Below the pieces are notes generated by a model that saw only the letters and a list, made by a program, of their open reading frames with translations, searched no databases and had not been told where the DNA came from. Made by a program: the position numbers and the translations under genes. Positions 1 to 12,144 of a DNA stretch of 64,000 nt are shown here, in pieces. This stretch comes from Squalus acanthias (lineage: Eukaryota), in the NCBI GenBank assembly GCA_030390025.1, contig CM059432.1, forward strand, positions 64,730,001-64,794,000. Direction: 5' to 3'. Numbering within the stretch: the stretch's first letter is position 1; every line of letters starts with the position of its first letter.

Positions 1-49
1 TTCGGTTCAGTGTCAATTTTTGTCTGATTCCTCGTAAAAGAAACACAAA

Positions 50-736
50 AAGTTAGCATGCTGGTACAGCAACTTATTAGGAAGGCAAATGGCATGTTGG
101 CCTTTATTGCAAGGGGGTTGGAATACAAGAGTAAGGAGGTTTTACTACAATTGTACAGGGCTTTGGTGGGACCACACCTGGAGTACTGTGCACAGTTTTG
201 GTCTCTTTATCTGAGGATATACTTGCCTTGGAGGCAGTGCAACAAAGGTTCACTAGATTGATTCCTGGGATGAGAGGGCTGTCCTCTGATGAGAAATTGT
301 GTAGAATGGGCCTATACTCTCTGGAGTTTAGAAGACTAAGAGGTGATCTCATTGAAACATACAAGATTCTGAAGGGGATTGACAGAGTAGATGCTGAGAG
401 GTTGTTTCCCCTGGCTGGAGTGTCTAGAACTAGGGGGCATAGTCTCAGGATAAGTGGTAGGCCATTTAAGGCTCAGATGAGGAGGAATTTCTTCACTCAG
501 AGGGTTGTGAATCTTTGGAATTCTCTACCCCAGAGGGCTGTGGATGCTGAGTTGTTGAGTATGTTCAAGGCTGAGATAGATAGATTTTTGGCCTCTAGGG
601 GAATCAAGGGATATGGGGATCGGGCGGGAAAGTGGAGTTGAGGTCGATGATCAGCCTTGATCTTATTGAATGGCGGAGCAGGCTCGAAGGGCTGTATGGC
701 CTACTCCTGGTCCTAATTCTTATGTTCTTATGTTCC
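50..736 (+). mobile_element. CR1 LINE, 5'-truncated 3' fragment
   Basis: ORFs 58-261 and 198-641 give the CR1 ORF2 C-terminus ([45 protein letters not shown]), followed by the TCTTATGTTCTTATGTT tail. Confidence 0.93.
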
Positions 737-814
737 TGTGAAGTCTCTTGGAATGTTTTGCTACACTGTATAAATGCAAGTTGTTGTTATTGTTGAATAC
801 AAAAGAAAAAAACA

Positions 815-2064
815 GAAAGACTTGCATTTTTATAGCGCCTTTCATGACCACCGGACATCCCAAAGCGCTTTACAGCCAATGAAGTACTTTTTGAAGTGGA
901 ATCACAGGGGGTGATTTTCTCAATGGGGGCGCATTGGGGGTGGGACTGCTGCTTGTCGGGTTTCAGTGCCACCTTCATCGACTTGTGGCCAACCCACGCT
1001 ATTTTCACTTGATTGACCTTGTTAAGCCTGCCCAGCGGGCTTAGCAGGCCAATTAAGGGGAAGCCGGTTACAGAGAACGTCAGTGTATGACGTTTCATCT
1101 GTCAAAGATGAATTGTCATCGTTTGACAGCTCTGTGAAGCTGTCAAATACTGACATTCTATGTTGTTTGATGAGTCCTTGTATTAAAGACTCATCAAACC
1201 TCTTTTGTGAGCAGAAATCAGATGGCTGTTGCACGGAGAATGCAGCAGCCATCTGTCATCTCTGCTGGTGAGATGCGAGACTCTCCGCATCCTCAACTGT
1301 TGAAGCCTGCAGGAAGAAACAAAGGTAAGTAAACATTTTCTATAACTTTCCACTCACCTCACATACTCACCTCTCCACACTTGCACCCATCACTCACCTC
1401 CACAGCACACTTTTGCACCCCGCAGACCCCCGCAGACCCACTGCTCATCTCGGTGACCCTGGCGGGGTTTCCCGACGTCGGGAAGCCCGCGCCTTTGCTG
1501 GAAAAATAGGGATAATCCTCTTAACTGCCTGTTAACAGACAGTTAAGTGGCTATAATCCCCTTCCTGCCTCCAGGAGACGGGACCCGGCGTGGGTCAGGT
1601 ACCCGCCTCCTGGGAAGATGGCACGGAGACGGGTTGGGGGGGCGGGATGGGTACCCGCCCCCAGAATCTGCCATTTTCCCGGCAAAATCCAGCCCACTGT
1701 TGTAATGTAGGAAATGTGGCAGCCAATTTGCGCACAGCAAGCTCCCACAAATAGCAACGTGATAATGACCAGATAATCAGCTTTTGTTTTGTGATGTTGA
1801 TTGAGGGATAAATATTGGCTAGGATACCGGGGATAACTCCCCTGTTCTTCTTCAAAATAGCATCATAGGATCTTTTACATCCACCTGCGAACGTAGACGG
1901 GGCCTTGGTTTAACATTTCATCTGAAATACAACACCTCCGACAGTGCAGCACTCCCTCTGGAGTGTCAGCCTAGTTTTTGTGCGCAAGTCTCTGGAGTTG
2001 GACCTGAACCCACAACCTTATGACTCAGAGGTAAGAGTGCTACCAACTGAGCCACAGCTGACAC
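815..2064 (-). mobile_element. tRNA-derived SINE (SacSINE1/DeuSINE-like), split by an insertion at 907-1695
   Basis: tRNA-like head at ~1990-2064 (minus strand GTGGCTCAGTTGG...GGTTCAGGTCC). The body reads through across the insertion (GAAGTGGAATCAC | ACTGTTGTAATGTAGG). 3' tail TATAAAAATGCAAGTCTTT at ~815-835. Family name from recall. Confidence 0.75.
907..1695. mobile_element. Non-autonomous PIF/Harbinger-type element
   Basis: Ends GGGGGTGATTTTC / GCAAAATCCAGCCC (imperfect TIRs), 3-bp flanks ACA/ACT, cleanly interrupts the SINE. Confidence 0.7.
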
Positions 2065-2508
2065 TCTGAAATGCTGTGCGACATCCCCCCACCATCTTAA
2101 CCCCTCGTCTGAACTGTTGACACTGGGCTTGCAGGGAAAAAAATCAACCCTCTGGTTTCCATGTGACTTTATATCAAATATGGTGCAATAGTTTAACATA
2201 ACCAATATTTCTTTCAAAAGTGGCCCATATTTTAAATTAAAAAACTCCTCATTGTATTTGCTACAACTTACCTTGAATTAATTATTAAGCATTCTTTAAA
2301 TAATCTTTACATAAATTTAGCTAAACAGGAACAAAAGAAATAAAATTTAGGAATCAATCACTATTTTATTTTCAGGTCAATCATTATTGTGAACAAATGA
2401 AACAATTGAAGAGAATATTCACAGAAATGTTGGAGATGGTGGGAAATTTGATTTCAAGGAAAGGTAGGCCAAGAAACACATTTGCTGTCTTTTCTATCAT
2501 GTTCTTAC

Positions 2509-2661
2509 CTTCATATTTCTCTGTATTTGGCCCTGCAATGTCTCTGTAGCCATATCAAAGGCAAAAGATGAACGAATACTCATCCGTGATTGCCCTCGAA
2601 CAGTCAAGTCTGTCCAGCAAGGCAAACCATTAGCCTCTAAATAGTTCTTCATCTTTTGCAC
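2509..2661 (-). CDS. Internal coding exon (phase 0-0) of a host gene encoding a TIR_2-like domain: VQKMKNYLEANGLPCWTDLTVRGQSRMSIRSSFAFDMATETLQGQIQRNMK
   Basis: Acceptor TTTAACAG, donor AAG|GTAAGA, 153 nt with no stop, in unique AT-rich DNA. Joins in frame to exon 43978-44057. Confidence 0.85.
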
Positions 2662-3390
2662 CTGTTAAATTGTAATTTAAATATTATTAATTTATACACT
2701 CATTTTAACCTAAAACAGAGCAAAATAAACAACAATAAAAAGTATTAAGATTTCTGAAAGCAATTCAGTCTTGCAAAAAAATGAAAAGATAAATAATTCA
2801 TTGTCATTAATAATGTGCCTTTTATTGTATGCAAAATGGAGCAGTTCTGATTATTTATAACAAGATTAACTTACATCCCAATGCACACCTATAAATTCTT
2901 ACTATAATTTATTTATACAAATTGGTATTTATTCTGTGTTGATCCATTTTATTTATGTTAATCTGACATACTGTTGTTCCTATGTGGTGTATTTGTCTTT
3001 CAAGTTGAATGTGGTCCGTGTGTATCATGCAGCAGGCAAACTGAGCTTTATCGGATTCTCTTGTTTTATATTGAACTATGTAATTAAAGGCTGAACTGAA
3101 AAAACTGCTTCAGTAGAATAAACTTTAATTTTGTTGTATTATAGTACTGAATTGCTATAGGCTATTTTCAAGAGAAGATCTTCTGCACAAACTGAACAAA
3201 AGGAACAACAGTAATTTAATTAGACTTCTTTTCATCAGCAACACAACTGATCAAAATCCAGATTCAAGCAAAATTGTAATAACATTGTTATAGTTTTGAT
3301 ATTGAAACACAAGTATGTCTACAAGGAACACAAATCTATTTCTAGAAACTGTTTGACCTATAAAAATTAAATAATGACTGTCACAAAGCG

Positions 3391-3957
3391 CAATGTTCCC
3401 AAATCTAACCACAGATCACCAAACCAGTAAATTTCAATGCATGGGCCTGTTATGCATACGTTTGAAAATTTGTTTCAACAGAGCTTAAGTACTGGAAAAG
3501 TAGGTAGGACACTGAAATTGTGACACACAAAATTAATGGAAATAAGAAAAAAAGAAACGGGCGGGTTCTAGAACAGACGGGTGATTGGCTTTGCCAGTTT
3601 ACCATCCCAGCGGGGAAAGTGAAAATTATCCCCATTATGAAATGGATCACATCAAAGCACAAATACAGTTGGAAATCCGGTTGCTTAACCAAATGCCCTT
3701 TGCTATACTTAATGATGTTTGGTGAACGAAAATCCCAGGGAGCATTGTCGCTTTCTCACAGGAACATTCTGGGACAGGCAAATTTCTTTTGTTCGTCAGC
3801 AGTGTTTGCCCCTAATTTTTTGTTTTGGGTGTGCGGCCCCTTTAACGGGCTGTGTGGCCCATTCACAGTTTCATGTATGGGTGAAATTTCACGTTGGAAA
3901 AGCCGGTCCCGGGCTGCGCAGGACCGGTAGACAGCTGCGCAGCTTAGAGGGATGTTG
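3391..3957. mobile_element. Possible decayed hAT-type non-autonomous element
   Basis: CAATGTTCCC at the left and GCGCAGCTTAGAGGGATGTTG at the right resemble imperfect TIRs; no clean TSD. Confidence 0.35.
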
Positions 3958-3965
3958 TTCACAAG

Positions 3966-5970
3966 TCATAGAAACATAGAACATAGAAAAATAGGAGCAG
4001 GAGTAGGCCATTCTGCCCTTCGAGCCTGCTCCGCCATTCAATATGATCATGGCTGATCCTCTATCTCAATACCATATTCCTGCTCTCTCCCCATACCCCT
4101 TGATGCCTTTTGCATCTAGAAATCTCTATCTCCTTCTTAAATATATTCAGTGACTTGGCCTCCACAGCCTTCTGTGGTAGAGAATTCCACAGGTTCACCA
4201 CCCTCTGAGTGAAGAAATTACTCCTCATCTCAGTCCTATATATCCTACCCCGTATCCTGAGACTGTGACCCCTCGTTCTAGACCCGCCAGCCAGGGGAAA
4301 CATTCTCTCTGCATCCAGTCTGTCTAGCCCTGTCAGAATTTTATACGTTTCAATGAGATCCCCTCTCATTCTTCTAAACTCTACTGAATACAGGCCTAGT
4401 TGACCCAATCTCTCCTCATACGACAGGAATCAGTCTGGTGAACCTTCGCTGCACTCCCTCTATGGCAAGTATATCCTTTCTTAGGTAAGGAGACCAAAAC
4501 TGCACACAATACTCCAGGTGTGGTCTCCAAGGCCCTGTATAACTGCAGTAAGACATCCTTGCTCCTGTACTCAAATCCTCTTGCAATGAAGGCCAACATA
4601 CCATTTGCCTTCCTAACTGCTTGCTGCACCTGCATATTTGCTTTCAGTGACTGGTGTACAAGGACACCCAGGTCCCATTCTACATCAACATTTCCCAATC
4701 TGTCACCATTTAAATTATACTATGCCTTTCTGTTTTTCCTACCAAAGTGGACAACTTCACATTTATCCATGTTATATTGCATCTGCCATGTATTTGCCCA
4801 CTCACTCAACTTGTCTAAATCGCTTTGAAGCCTCTTTGCACCCTCCTCACAGCTCACAATCCCACCTAGTTTCGTGTCGTCAGCAAACTTGAAAATATTA
4901 CATTTGGTTCCCTCATCCAAATCATTGATATATATTGTGAATAGCTGGGGCCCAAGCACTGATCCCTGCGGTATCCCACTAGTCACCACCTGCCACCCTG
5001 AAAAACACCCATTTATTCCTTCTCTCTGTTGCCTGTCTGTTAACCAATTTTCAATCCATGCCAGTATATTACCCCCATTCCCATGTACTTTAATTTTGCA
5101 CACTAACCTCTTATGTGGGACTTTATCAAAGGCCTTCTGAAAATCCAAATACACCACATCTACTGGTTCTCCCTTATCTATTCTACCAGTTACATCCTCA
5201 GAAAACTCCAGTAGGTTTGTCAAACACAATTTCCCTTTCATAAATCCATGTTGACTTTGTCTAATCCCGTTGATATTTTCCAAGTGTCCTGTTATCACAT
5301 CCTTTATAATAGACTCTAGCATTTTCCCTACTACTGATGTTAGGCTAACCAGTCTGTAGTTCCCTGTTTTCTCTCTCCCTCCTTTTTTAAATAGTGGGGT
5401 TACATTTGCCACCCTCCAATCTGCAGGAACTGTTCCATAATCTATAGAATTTTGGAAGATGACAACCAATGCATCCACTATTACCTCTTTTAGTACTCTG
5501 GGATGCAGATTATCAGGCCCTGGGGATTTATCAGCTTTCAGTCCCATTAATTTCTCCAGCACTATTTTTTTACTAATACTAATTTCCTTTAATTCCTCCT
5601 TCTCACTAGACCCTTGGTTCCCTAGCATTTCTGGGAAGTTATTTGTGTCCTCTTCCGTGAAGACGGAACCAAAGTATTTGTTTAATTGCTATGCCATTTC
5701 CTTTTACCCCATTATAAATTCTCCCGTTTCTGACTGTAAGGGACCTACATTTGTCTTCACTAATCTTTTTCTTTTTACATACTTGTAGAAGCTTTTACAG
5801 TCTGCTTTTATGTTCCTTGCAAGTTTACTCTCACACTCTATTTTTCCCCTCTTAATCAATCTCTTGGTCCTTTTTTGCTGAACTCTAAACTGCTCCCAAT
5901 CCTCAGGCTTGCTACTTTTACTGGCAGCTTCATATGACTCCTCTTTGGATCTAATACTATCCTTAATTTC
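3966..5970 (-). mobile_element. CR1 LINE, 5'-truncated, frameshifted RT
   Basis: ORFs 4720-5628 (QGSVLGPQLF, KFADDTKL), 4396-4698 and 4061-4408; CATAGAAA-type tail at the left end. Confidence 0.95.
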
Positions 5971-6084
5971 AGTCAGCTGCCATAAAGAAGGGTGGCTGTC
6001 TGTACTTGATGTGTCGTCAATGTGGTTTCCATCATCTTCAGTCTAGGATTTGTTCTTCAATACGCAGTCACCTTGGTTCAAGGT

Positions 6085-7056
6085 GATCGCGAGGGGAGCT
6101 CGGGGCCAGGAATCGTGAGTGAATCTCGGGGCCAGGAATCGTGAGTGAAGCTCGGGGCCAGAGATCGTGAGGGAAACTCGGGGCCAGGAATCGAGAGGGG
6201 AGCTCAGGGCCAGAGATCTCGAGCGGAGCTCGGGGCCAGAGATCGCGAGGGCAGCTCCGGGTCAGAGATCGCGAGGGGAGCTCGGGGCCAGAGATCGCGA
6301 GCGGAGCTCTGGGCCAGAGATCGCAAGGGGAGCTCGGGGCCAGAGATCGCGACGGGAGCTCGGGGCCAGGGATCGTGAGTGAAGCTCGGGGCCAGAGATC
6401 GCGAGGGGAGCTCGGGGCCAGAGATCGCGAGGGGAGCTCGGGGCCAGAGATCGCGAGGGGTGCTCGGGGCCAGAGATCGCGAGGGGAGCTCGGGGCCAGA
6501 GATCGCGAGGGGAGCTCAGGGCCAGAGATGGCGAGGGGAGCTCAGGGCCAGAGATGTCGAGGGGAGCTCGGGGCCAGGGATCACGAGCGGAGCTCGGGGC
6601 CACAGATCGCGAGGGGAGCTCGGGGCCAGGAATCACGAGGGGAGCTCGGGGCCAGAGATCGCGAGGGGTGCTCGGGGCCAGAGATCGCGAGTGGAGCTCG
6701 GGGCCAGCGATCGCGAGGGGAGCTCGGGGCCAGAGATCGCGAGGGGTGCTCGGGGCCAGAGATCGCGAGGGGAGCTCGGGGCCAGCGATCACGAGGGGTG
6801 CTCGGGGCCAGAGATCGCGAGGGGAGCTCGGGGCCAGCGATCATGAGGGGTGCTCGGGGCCAGAGATCGCGAGGGGAGCTCGGGGCCAGAGATCGCGAGG
6901 GGAGCTCTGGGCCAGAGAGTGCGAGGAGAGCTCGGGGCCAGAGATCGCGAGCGGAGCTCGGGGCCAGCGATCGCGAGGAGAGCTCGGGGCCAGAGATCGC
7001 GAGTGGAGCTCGGGGCCAGAGATCGCGAGGGGAGCTCCGGGCCAGCGATCGCGAGG
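6085..7056. repeat. GC-rich minisatellite, 26-bp unit GAGATCGCGAGGGGAGCTCGGGGCCA, about 37 copies
   Basis: Direct reading; the ORF translations repeat with a 26-aa period (three units). Confidence 0.97.
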
Positions 7057-7156
7057 CTCACAGGTACAAATACAAAAAAACGATGGGTTCCACTAACCTC
7101 TCCCCCGGTTAACCTTCACCAGAATATTAGTGCTACTTTGATCTTGTGAAAGACAA

Positions 7157-10100
7157 CATCATTCATGTCCGAGGCCGGGATCCAGGAGCGAGGACGAGGC
7201 CCAGGAGTGGGATCGAGGCCCAGGAGCAGCGGCGGGAGGAGCAGCGAGGTTGGGACCCCGGAGCGCGGATGAACCCAGGAGCGAGGGCAGGGCCCAGGAG
7301 CGAAGACGAGCCCAGCAGCATAGTCAAAGCCCAGGAGTGATGCAGCGTGGACCAGCAGCGGGTTTGGGAGGAACACACCGCATCCTATGAAACCCAGGCA
7401 GAGAGGTCCTATGGGAAGGAGGGAGGAGGACAGTCAGTGTATGTTTGTGTGTGTGTGCTCGGCCGATGTAACAGAGCCTGGTCTCCAATCGTCTTGGACC
7501 CCCTTGCCATTGGACCAAGTGCTTGCTCTGTCAAGCCCATGTGGTAGCTGGTGTGCAACGGCCACCCCACGTTAAAAGACTTCACGCACAGGCATCTTCC
7601 ACCCTTTAAAATGAAGTTCAGGACATGGAACGTCAGGACTCTCATGGACAGCCCCAACAACGACAGACTGGAACGCCGTACTGATATAGTTGCCCAGGAG
7701 CTCAGATGTTTCGACATAGACATCGCCGCCGTAAGCGAGACCCAGCGGGCAGGGGAAGGCCAGCTCAAGGAACAAGGTGGTGGTTACACCTTCTTCTGGA
7801 AAGGCAAACCTGAAGAAGAATGCCGCCTCCATGGGGTAGGCTTCGCCATAAAAAATGAGCTAGTTGGACGTCTCAGAGACTCCCCTTGCGGAATAAACGA
7901 ACGCCTCATGACTCTTCAGCTCACCCTAACCCGGAACCAGTGCGCTACGGTCATCAGTGCGTATGCCCCAACACTGAAGCCACAGACGAGACCAAAGAGG
8001 AATTCTACTCTAGCCTCGAACAATCCCTGTCCCGAGTCCCAAAGGGCAACAAGCTGATCCTCCTTGGCGACTTTAACGCCAGAGTTGGAAAGGACACAGG
8101 CCTCTGGGGAGGTGAGATCGGCAGAGAGGGGATAGGGAAAACCAACTCCAACGGTACCCTCTGCCTGACAAAATGCTTAGAACATGGCCTTGTCATAACC
8201 AAAACATTGTTCCGTCAGAGAGACAAGTACAAGGCTTCATGGCAACACCTCGCTCCAACCACTGGCATCTGCTGGACTACGTCATCGTCCGAGCGAGGGA
8301 CCGCAAGGACGTCCGCATCACCCGCGCCAGGAGCTGACAACTGCTGGACAGACCACCGCCTAATTCACTCTGTCATCTCCATCAATGTAGCCCCAAAACA
8401 GCAGCGGCAACAGAAACAATGCCACAGGAAAATCAACGCTGGAGCACTCAAAGACCCTGCTAAGAAAACTCTATTCAGCCTGTGCCTCACAACCAGCCTG
8501 ACAACTCCCAGTGATTCAGAGACACAGAGTGTCCACAGTGCCTGGTCTGCACTCAAGGCCTCCATAATCAGCACCTGTGAAGAGACGCTCGGTCACTCGA
8601 CCAGGTTCGATGAGAACGACCAGGAGATCCAGGAGCTAATAAGCCACAAGTGCAAGGCATTCCTGATCTGGAAACAGCAACACAACTCGAGAGTAAGAAA
8701 GCAGCCGAGGTCCAACAAAAAACTCGCGACCTAAAGAACAGATGGTGGGTGGAGAAAGCGCAGGAGATCCAGCAGCTAGCCGACAAACATGACGTGTGTG
8801 GATTCTTTAGCGTAGTCAAGACCATCTATGGCCCAAGCACCCGAGGTCCTACCCCACTGCGGGCCAAGAACAGAGAGGTACTCATCAAGAACAGAGAGGC
8901 AGTCAGTGCCCACTGGAAGGAACACTTTGAAGATCTCCTTAACCGAGACTCTGTCTTCGACGCGAGTGTCCTCAACTCCTTCCCACAGCATGCTACCCGC
9001 CACCACCGCAGCACAACCCCAGCCCGGCATGAGGTTGAAAAGGCAATCTGACAACTGAAGAACAACAAGGCCTCAGGAGCAGATGGAATCCCTGCCGAAG
9101 CACTAAAGCATAGCGGAGAAGCACTATTGGCGCGAATACATTAACTCATTTCTCTTATATGGAAGGAGGAAAGCATGCCAGGGGATCTCAGAGATGCCAT
9201 AATCGTGACGATCTTCAAGAAAGGTGACAAGTCAGATTGCGGTAATTACAGAGGAGTTTCCCTGCTGTCTGCCACAGGGAAAGTCATCGCAAGAATCCTC
9301 CTCAATCGCCTTCTCCCAGTGGCTGAAGAGCACCTCCCAGAGTCGCAATAGGGATTCCGCCCACTAAGGGGCACAATGGTCATGATCTTCACCATGCGTC
9401 AAATACAAGAGAAATGCAGGGAACAGCACCAACTGCTGTACATGGCCTTCTTTGACCTCACAAAGACCTTCGACACTGTCAACCGTGAGGGATTATGGAG
9501 TGTCCTCCTCAAATTCGGCTGCCCTCAAAAATTTGTCACCATCCTCCGCCTGCTTCACGATGACATGCAAGCCTTGATCCTGACCAACGGATCCACCACA
9601 GACCCAATTCACGTACGGACCGCGGTCAAGCAAAGCTACGTCATCGCACCAACGTTCTTCTCGATCTTCCTTGCTGCAATGCTCCATCTCACCCTCAGTA
9701 AGCTCCCGATGGAGTGGAGCTAATCTACAGAACAAACGGGAAACTGTTCAACCTCCGTCGCCTCTAGTCCAGATCCAAGGTCGTCCCATCCTCTGTCATC
9801 GAATTACAGTATGCAGACGACGCTTGCGTCTGCGCACACTCGGAGGTTGAACTCCAAACCATCGTCAACACCTTCACCGAAGTGTACGAGAGCATGGGCC
9901 TTACACTAAACATCCATAAGACAAAGGTCCTCTACCAACCTGCTCCCGCCACACAGTACTGCCCCCCGATTATCAAAATCCAGGACGAAGCCTTGGATAA
10001 CCTGGACCACTTTCCATAACTCGCGAGCCTACTGTCAACAAGAGCAGACGTCGATGATGAAGTCCAACACCACCTTCAGTGTGCCAGTGCAGCCTTTGGT

Positions 10101-10609
10101 CACCTGATGAAGAAAGTGTTTGAAGACCAGGACCTCAAACCCGGCACTAAGATCATGGTCTACAGAGCAGTAGTGATACCCGCCCTCCTGTATGCTTCAG
10201 AGACATGGACCATGTACAGCAGGCACCTCAAAGCACTGAAGAGGTACCATCAATGCTGCCTCCGCAAGATCCTGCAAATCCATTGGCAGGATAGGCGCAC
10301 CAACGTCAGTGTTCTCGCTCAGGCCAACATCCCCAGCATCGAAGCTCTGACCACGCTCGATCAGCTCCGATGGATGGGCCACATCGTCCGCATGCCTTAT
10401 ACGAGACTCCCAAAACAAGCACTCTATTCGGAGCTCCGACACGGCAAGAGTGCCCCAGGTGGGCAGAGGAAATGCTTCAAGGACACCCTCAAAGCCTCCT
10501 TGAAAAAATGCAACATCCCCACCGACACCTGGGAATCCCTGGCCCAAGACCGCACAAAGTGGAGGAGAAGCATCCGGGAAGGCGCCGAACACCTCGAGTC
10601 TCTTTACAG
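7157..10609 (+). mobile_element. RTE-clade LINE, near full length, decayed and 3'-truncated
   Basis: APE endonuclease (TWNVRTLMD, SETQ, GVGFAIK, LLGDFNARVG) and RT pieces (FFDLTKTFDTVNRE; QYADD at ~9806; LLYASETWT; QLRWMGH) spread over several frames. 5' boundary approximate. Confidence 0.92.
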
Positions 10610-10679
10610 GGTATACAATACCAGAAGTCAAGGTTCAGGGCCTTGAGAAGGTGCTAAATAAAAAGCACCCAGTGTTGTA

Positions 10680-11230
10680 GTCACTGGAGGTGCAAAATTT
10701 GTAGATGGAGCCGATAGAGAAGTTTGCCTGAGTGTTATGCCAAGCACTTTCAACCAAGGGCAGGATTGAGGGCCAGGGGTGGGGGTGGGTGGGGGGCGGG
10801 AACGAAGAGGATCAGGGGTCAGGGGAGGGAACCGGGACTGACGGCAAGGTTTCATTAAATGTGGGTCAGTAGGAGAACTCCTGCTCCTCCAGGTTCCACA
10901 TTCAGGTAAGTAAATGTGAAAAACTTCCCTTGTAGGTTACAGGTGATCAAGGTCTGGTATTCCTGAGTGTGGCTGGTGATGATGCGGGCTGCTTCAGGGC
11001 AAACCAATTTTGAAGTGAAGGCCTCAAACAGCCATTATGCCCCTAATTTGTATATGCAAAGGGTCTAACGGCTGCTTCAGGCATGGGTAAAGGATGCCTT
11101 TTATTTGTTTCCCTTATATGGCGGGTGGAGCATCTCCAAAAAGAAACGTGCGAGTGCTTCCTGACCACCATATTTGGGGGCTTATTAGGCAAGTTAGCGC
11201 CTCAAAAGTGCTTGGCCTATCAATTCGGAT
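10680..11230. repeat. Decayed interspersed repeat, probably a non-autonomous DNA transposon remnant
   Basis: CTCCTGCTCCTCC and ATTTGTATATGCA motifs resemble inverted motifs at ~43015-43200. Confidence 0.3.
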
Positions 11231-12144
11231 GTGCAGCAGATAAGTTGTTTCATTAATGAAGAAAATAATAAAATCTGGGAAAATAGTATATTTAAGTTTT
11301 CATGGGTACACCACAATACAGCAAACTGCTATTGATAGAAATAGAACTGAGTAGGTTTGCAACTGAAGAAGGGTTGAAAGTATAATGAAGGAGGAAGCTA
11401 GAGCAAAATATCACTAAATAGCCATCAAGTAACACTTACACAAGAGTAGCCCAGGGTACTCAATGCCCATAATGTTATGGCAGGGATTGGTAAATCCCTG
11501 TTTGAGTTAATAAGTACAAGCCTGTGTCTGACCATCTAAGTAGGTGAGGGTTAAACAAATTATAGTTGGAGCTCTTGTGCAGATAAATGCATTATTTATA
11601 ATGTTTTTTAATGATAACCTGCCAAAGTAACACATGACAAAACCAAAAAGCGCTGTAATTTCTTTCTCTTCACAACCACCACACATTTGTAACCAGCTTC
11701 AGCTCATCTAATCCTTCATTCAACTGTGTGAAGTATCAACTCATTAAAGGGCATAAGCAGCTCTCAGGTGGCGAGCTTGCTTATTAGTGTCATTGCAAAC
11801 ACATCTCCGCGGGCCGTTCTGGTTGTTGTAGCTCCTTAGAAAATTTGTAACTGCCAACATTTCTAATTTCAATTACCTCTATTGTAGACCTAGAGCTCAT
11901 GACAACACCATGCATCACGTGTACACATCAATCACACTGCCAAATGCCAACTTATTCTAGCAGCAATGAATCACTGGGTGAGTCAAGTGGCTTTAATCAA
12001 TGCGCATACAATGTCACCTCACTACATTTGAATTACTGGAGCTATTTTTTCATCTTTCAAGATTTTTTTGAAGGGCGTGTTCAAAATAAACTTGCTAAAC
12101 ATGACAACAGCTGTATTAGCATTCATAATGCCTCTGGTTAAATT

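Noticed and set aside
2272..2330. Next TIR-gene exon (AG/GT sites on the minus strand)
   Set aside because: Required phase-0 frame hits TAA after 11 codons and has no TIR beta-C-like sequence
6085..7056. CRISPR array or a protein-coding Arg/Gly-rich gene
   Set aside because: Head-to-tail units with no unique spacers; the ORFs are a by-product of a stop-free repeat unit
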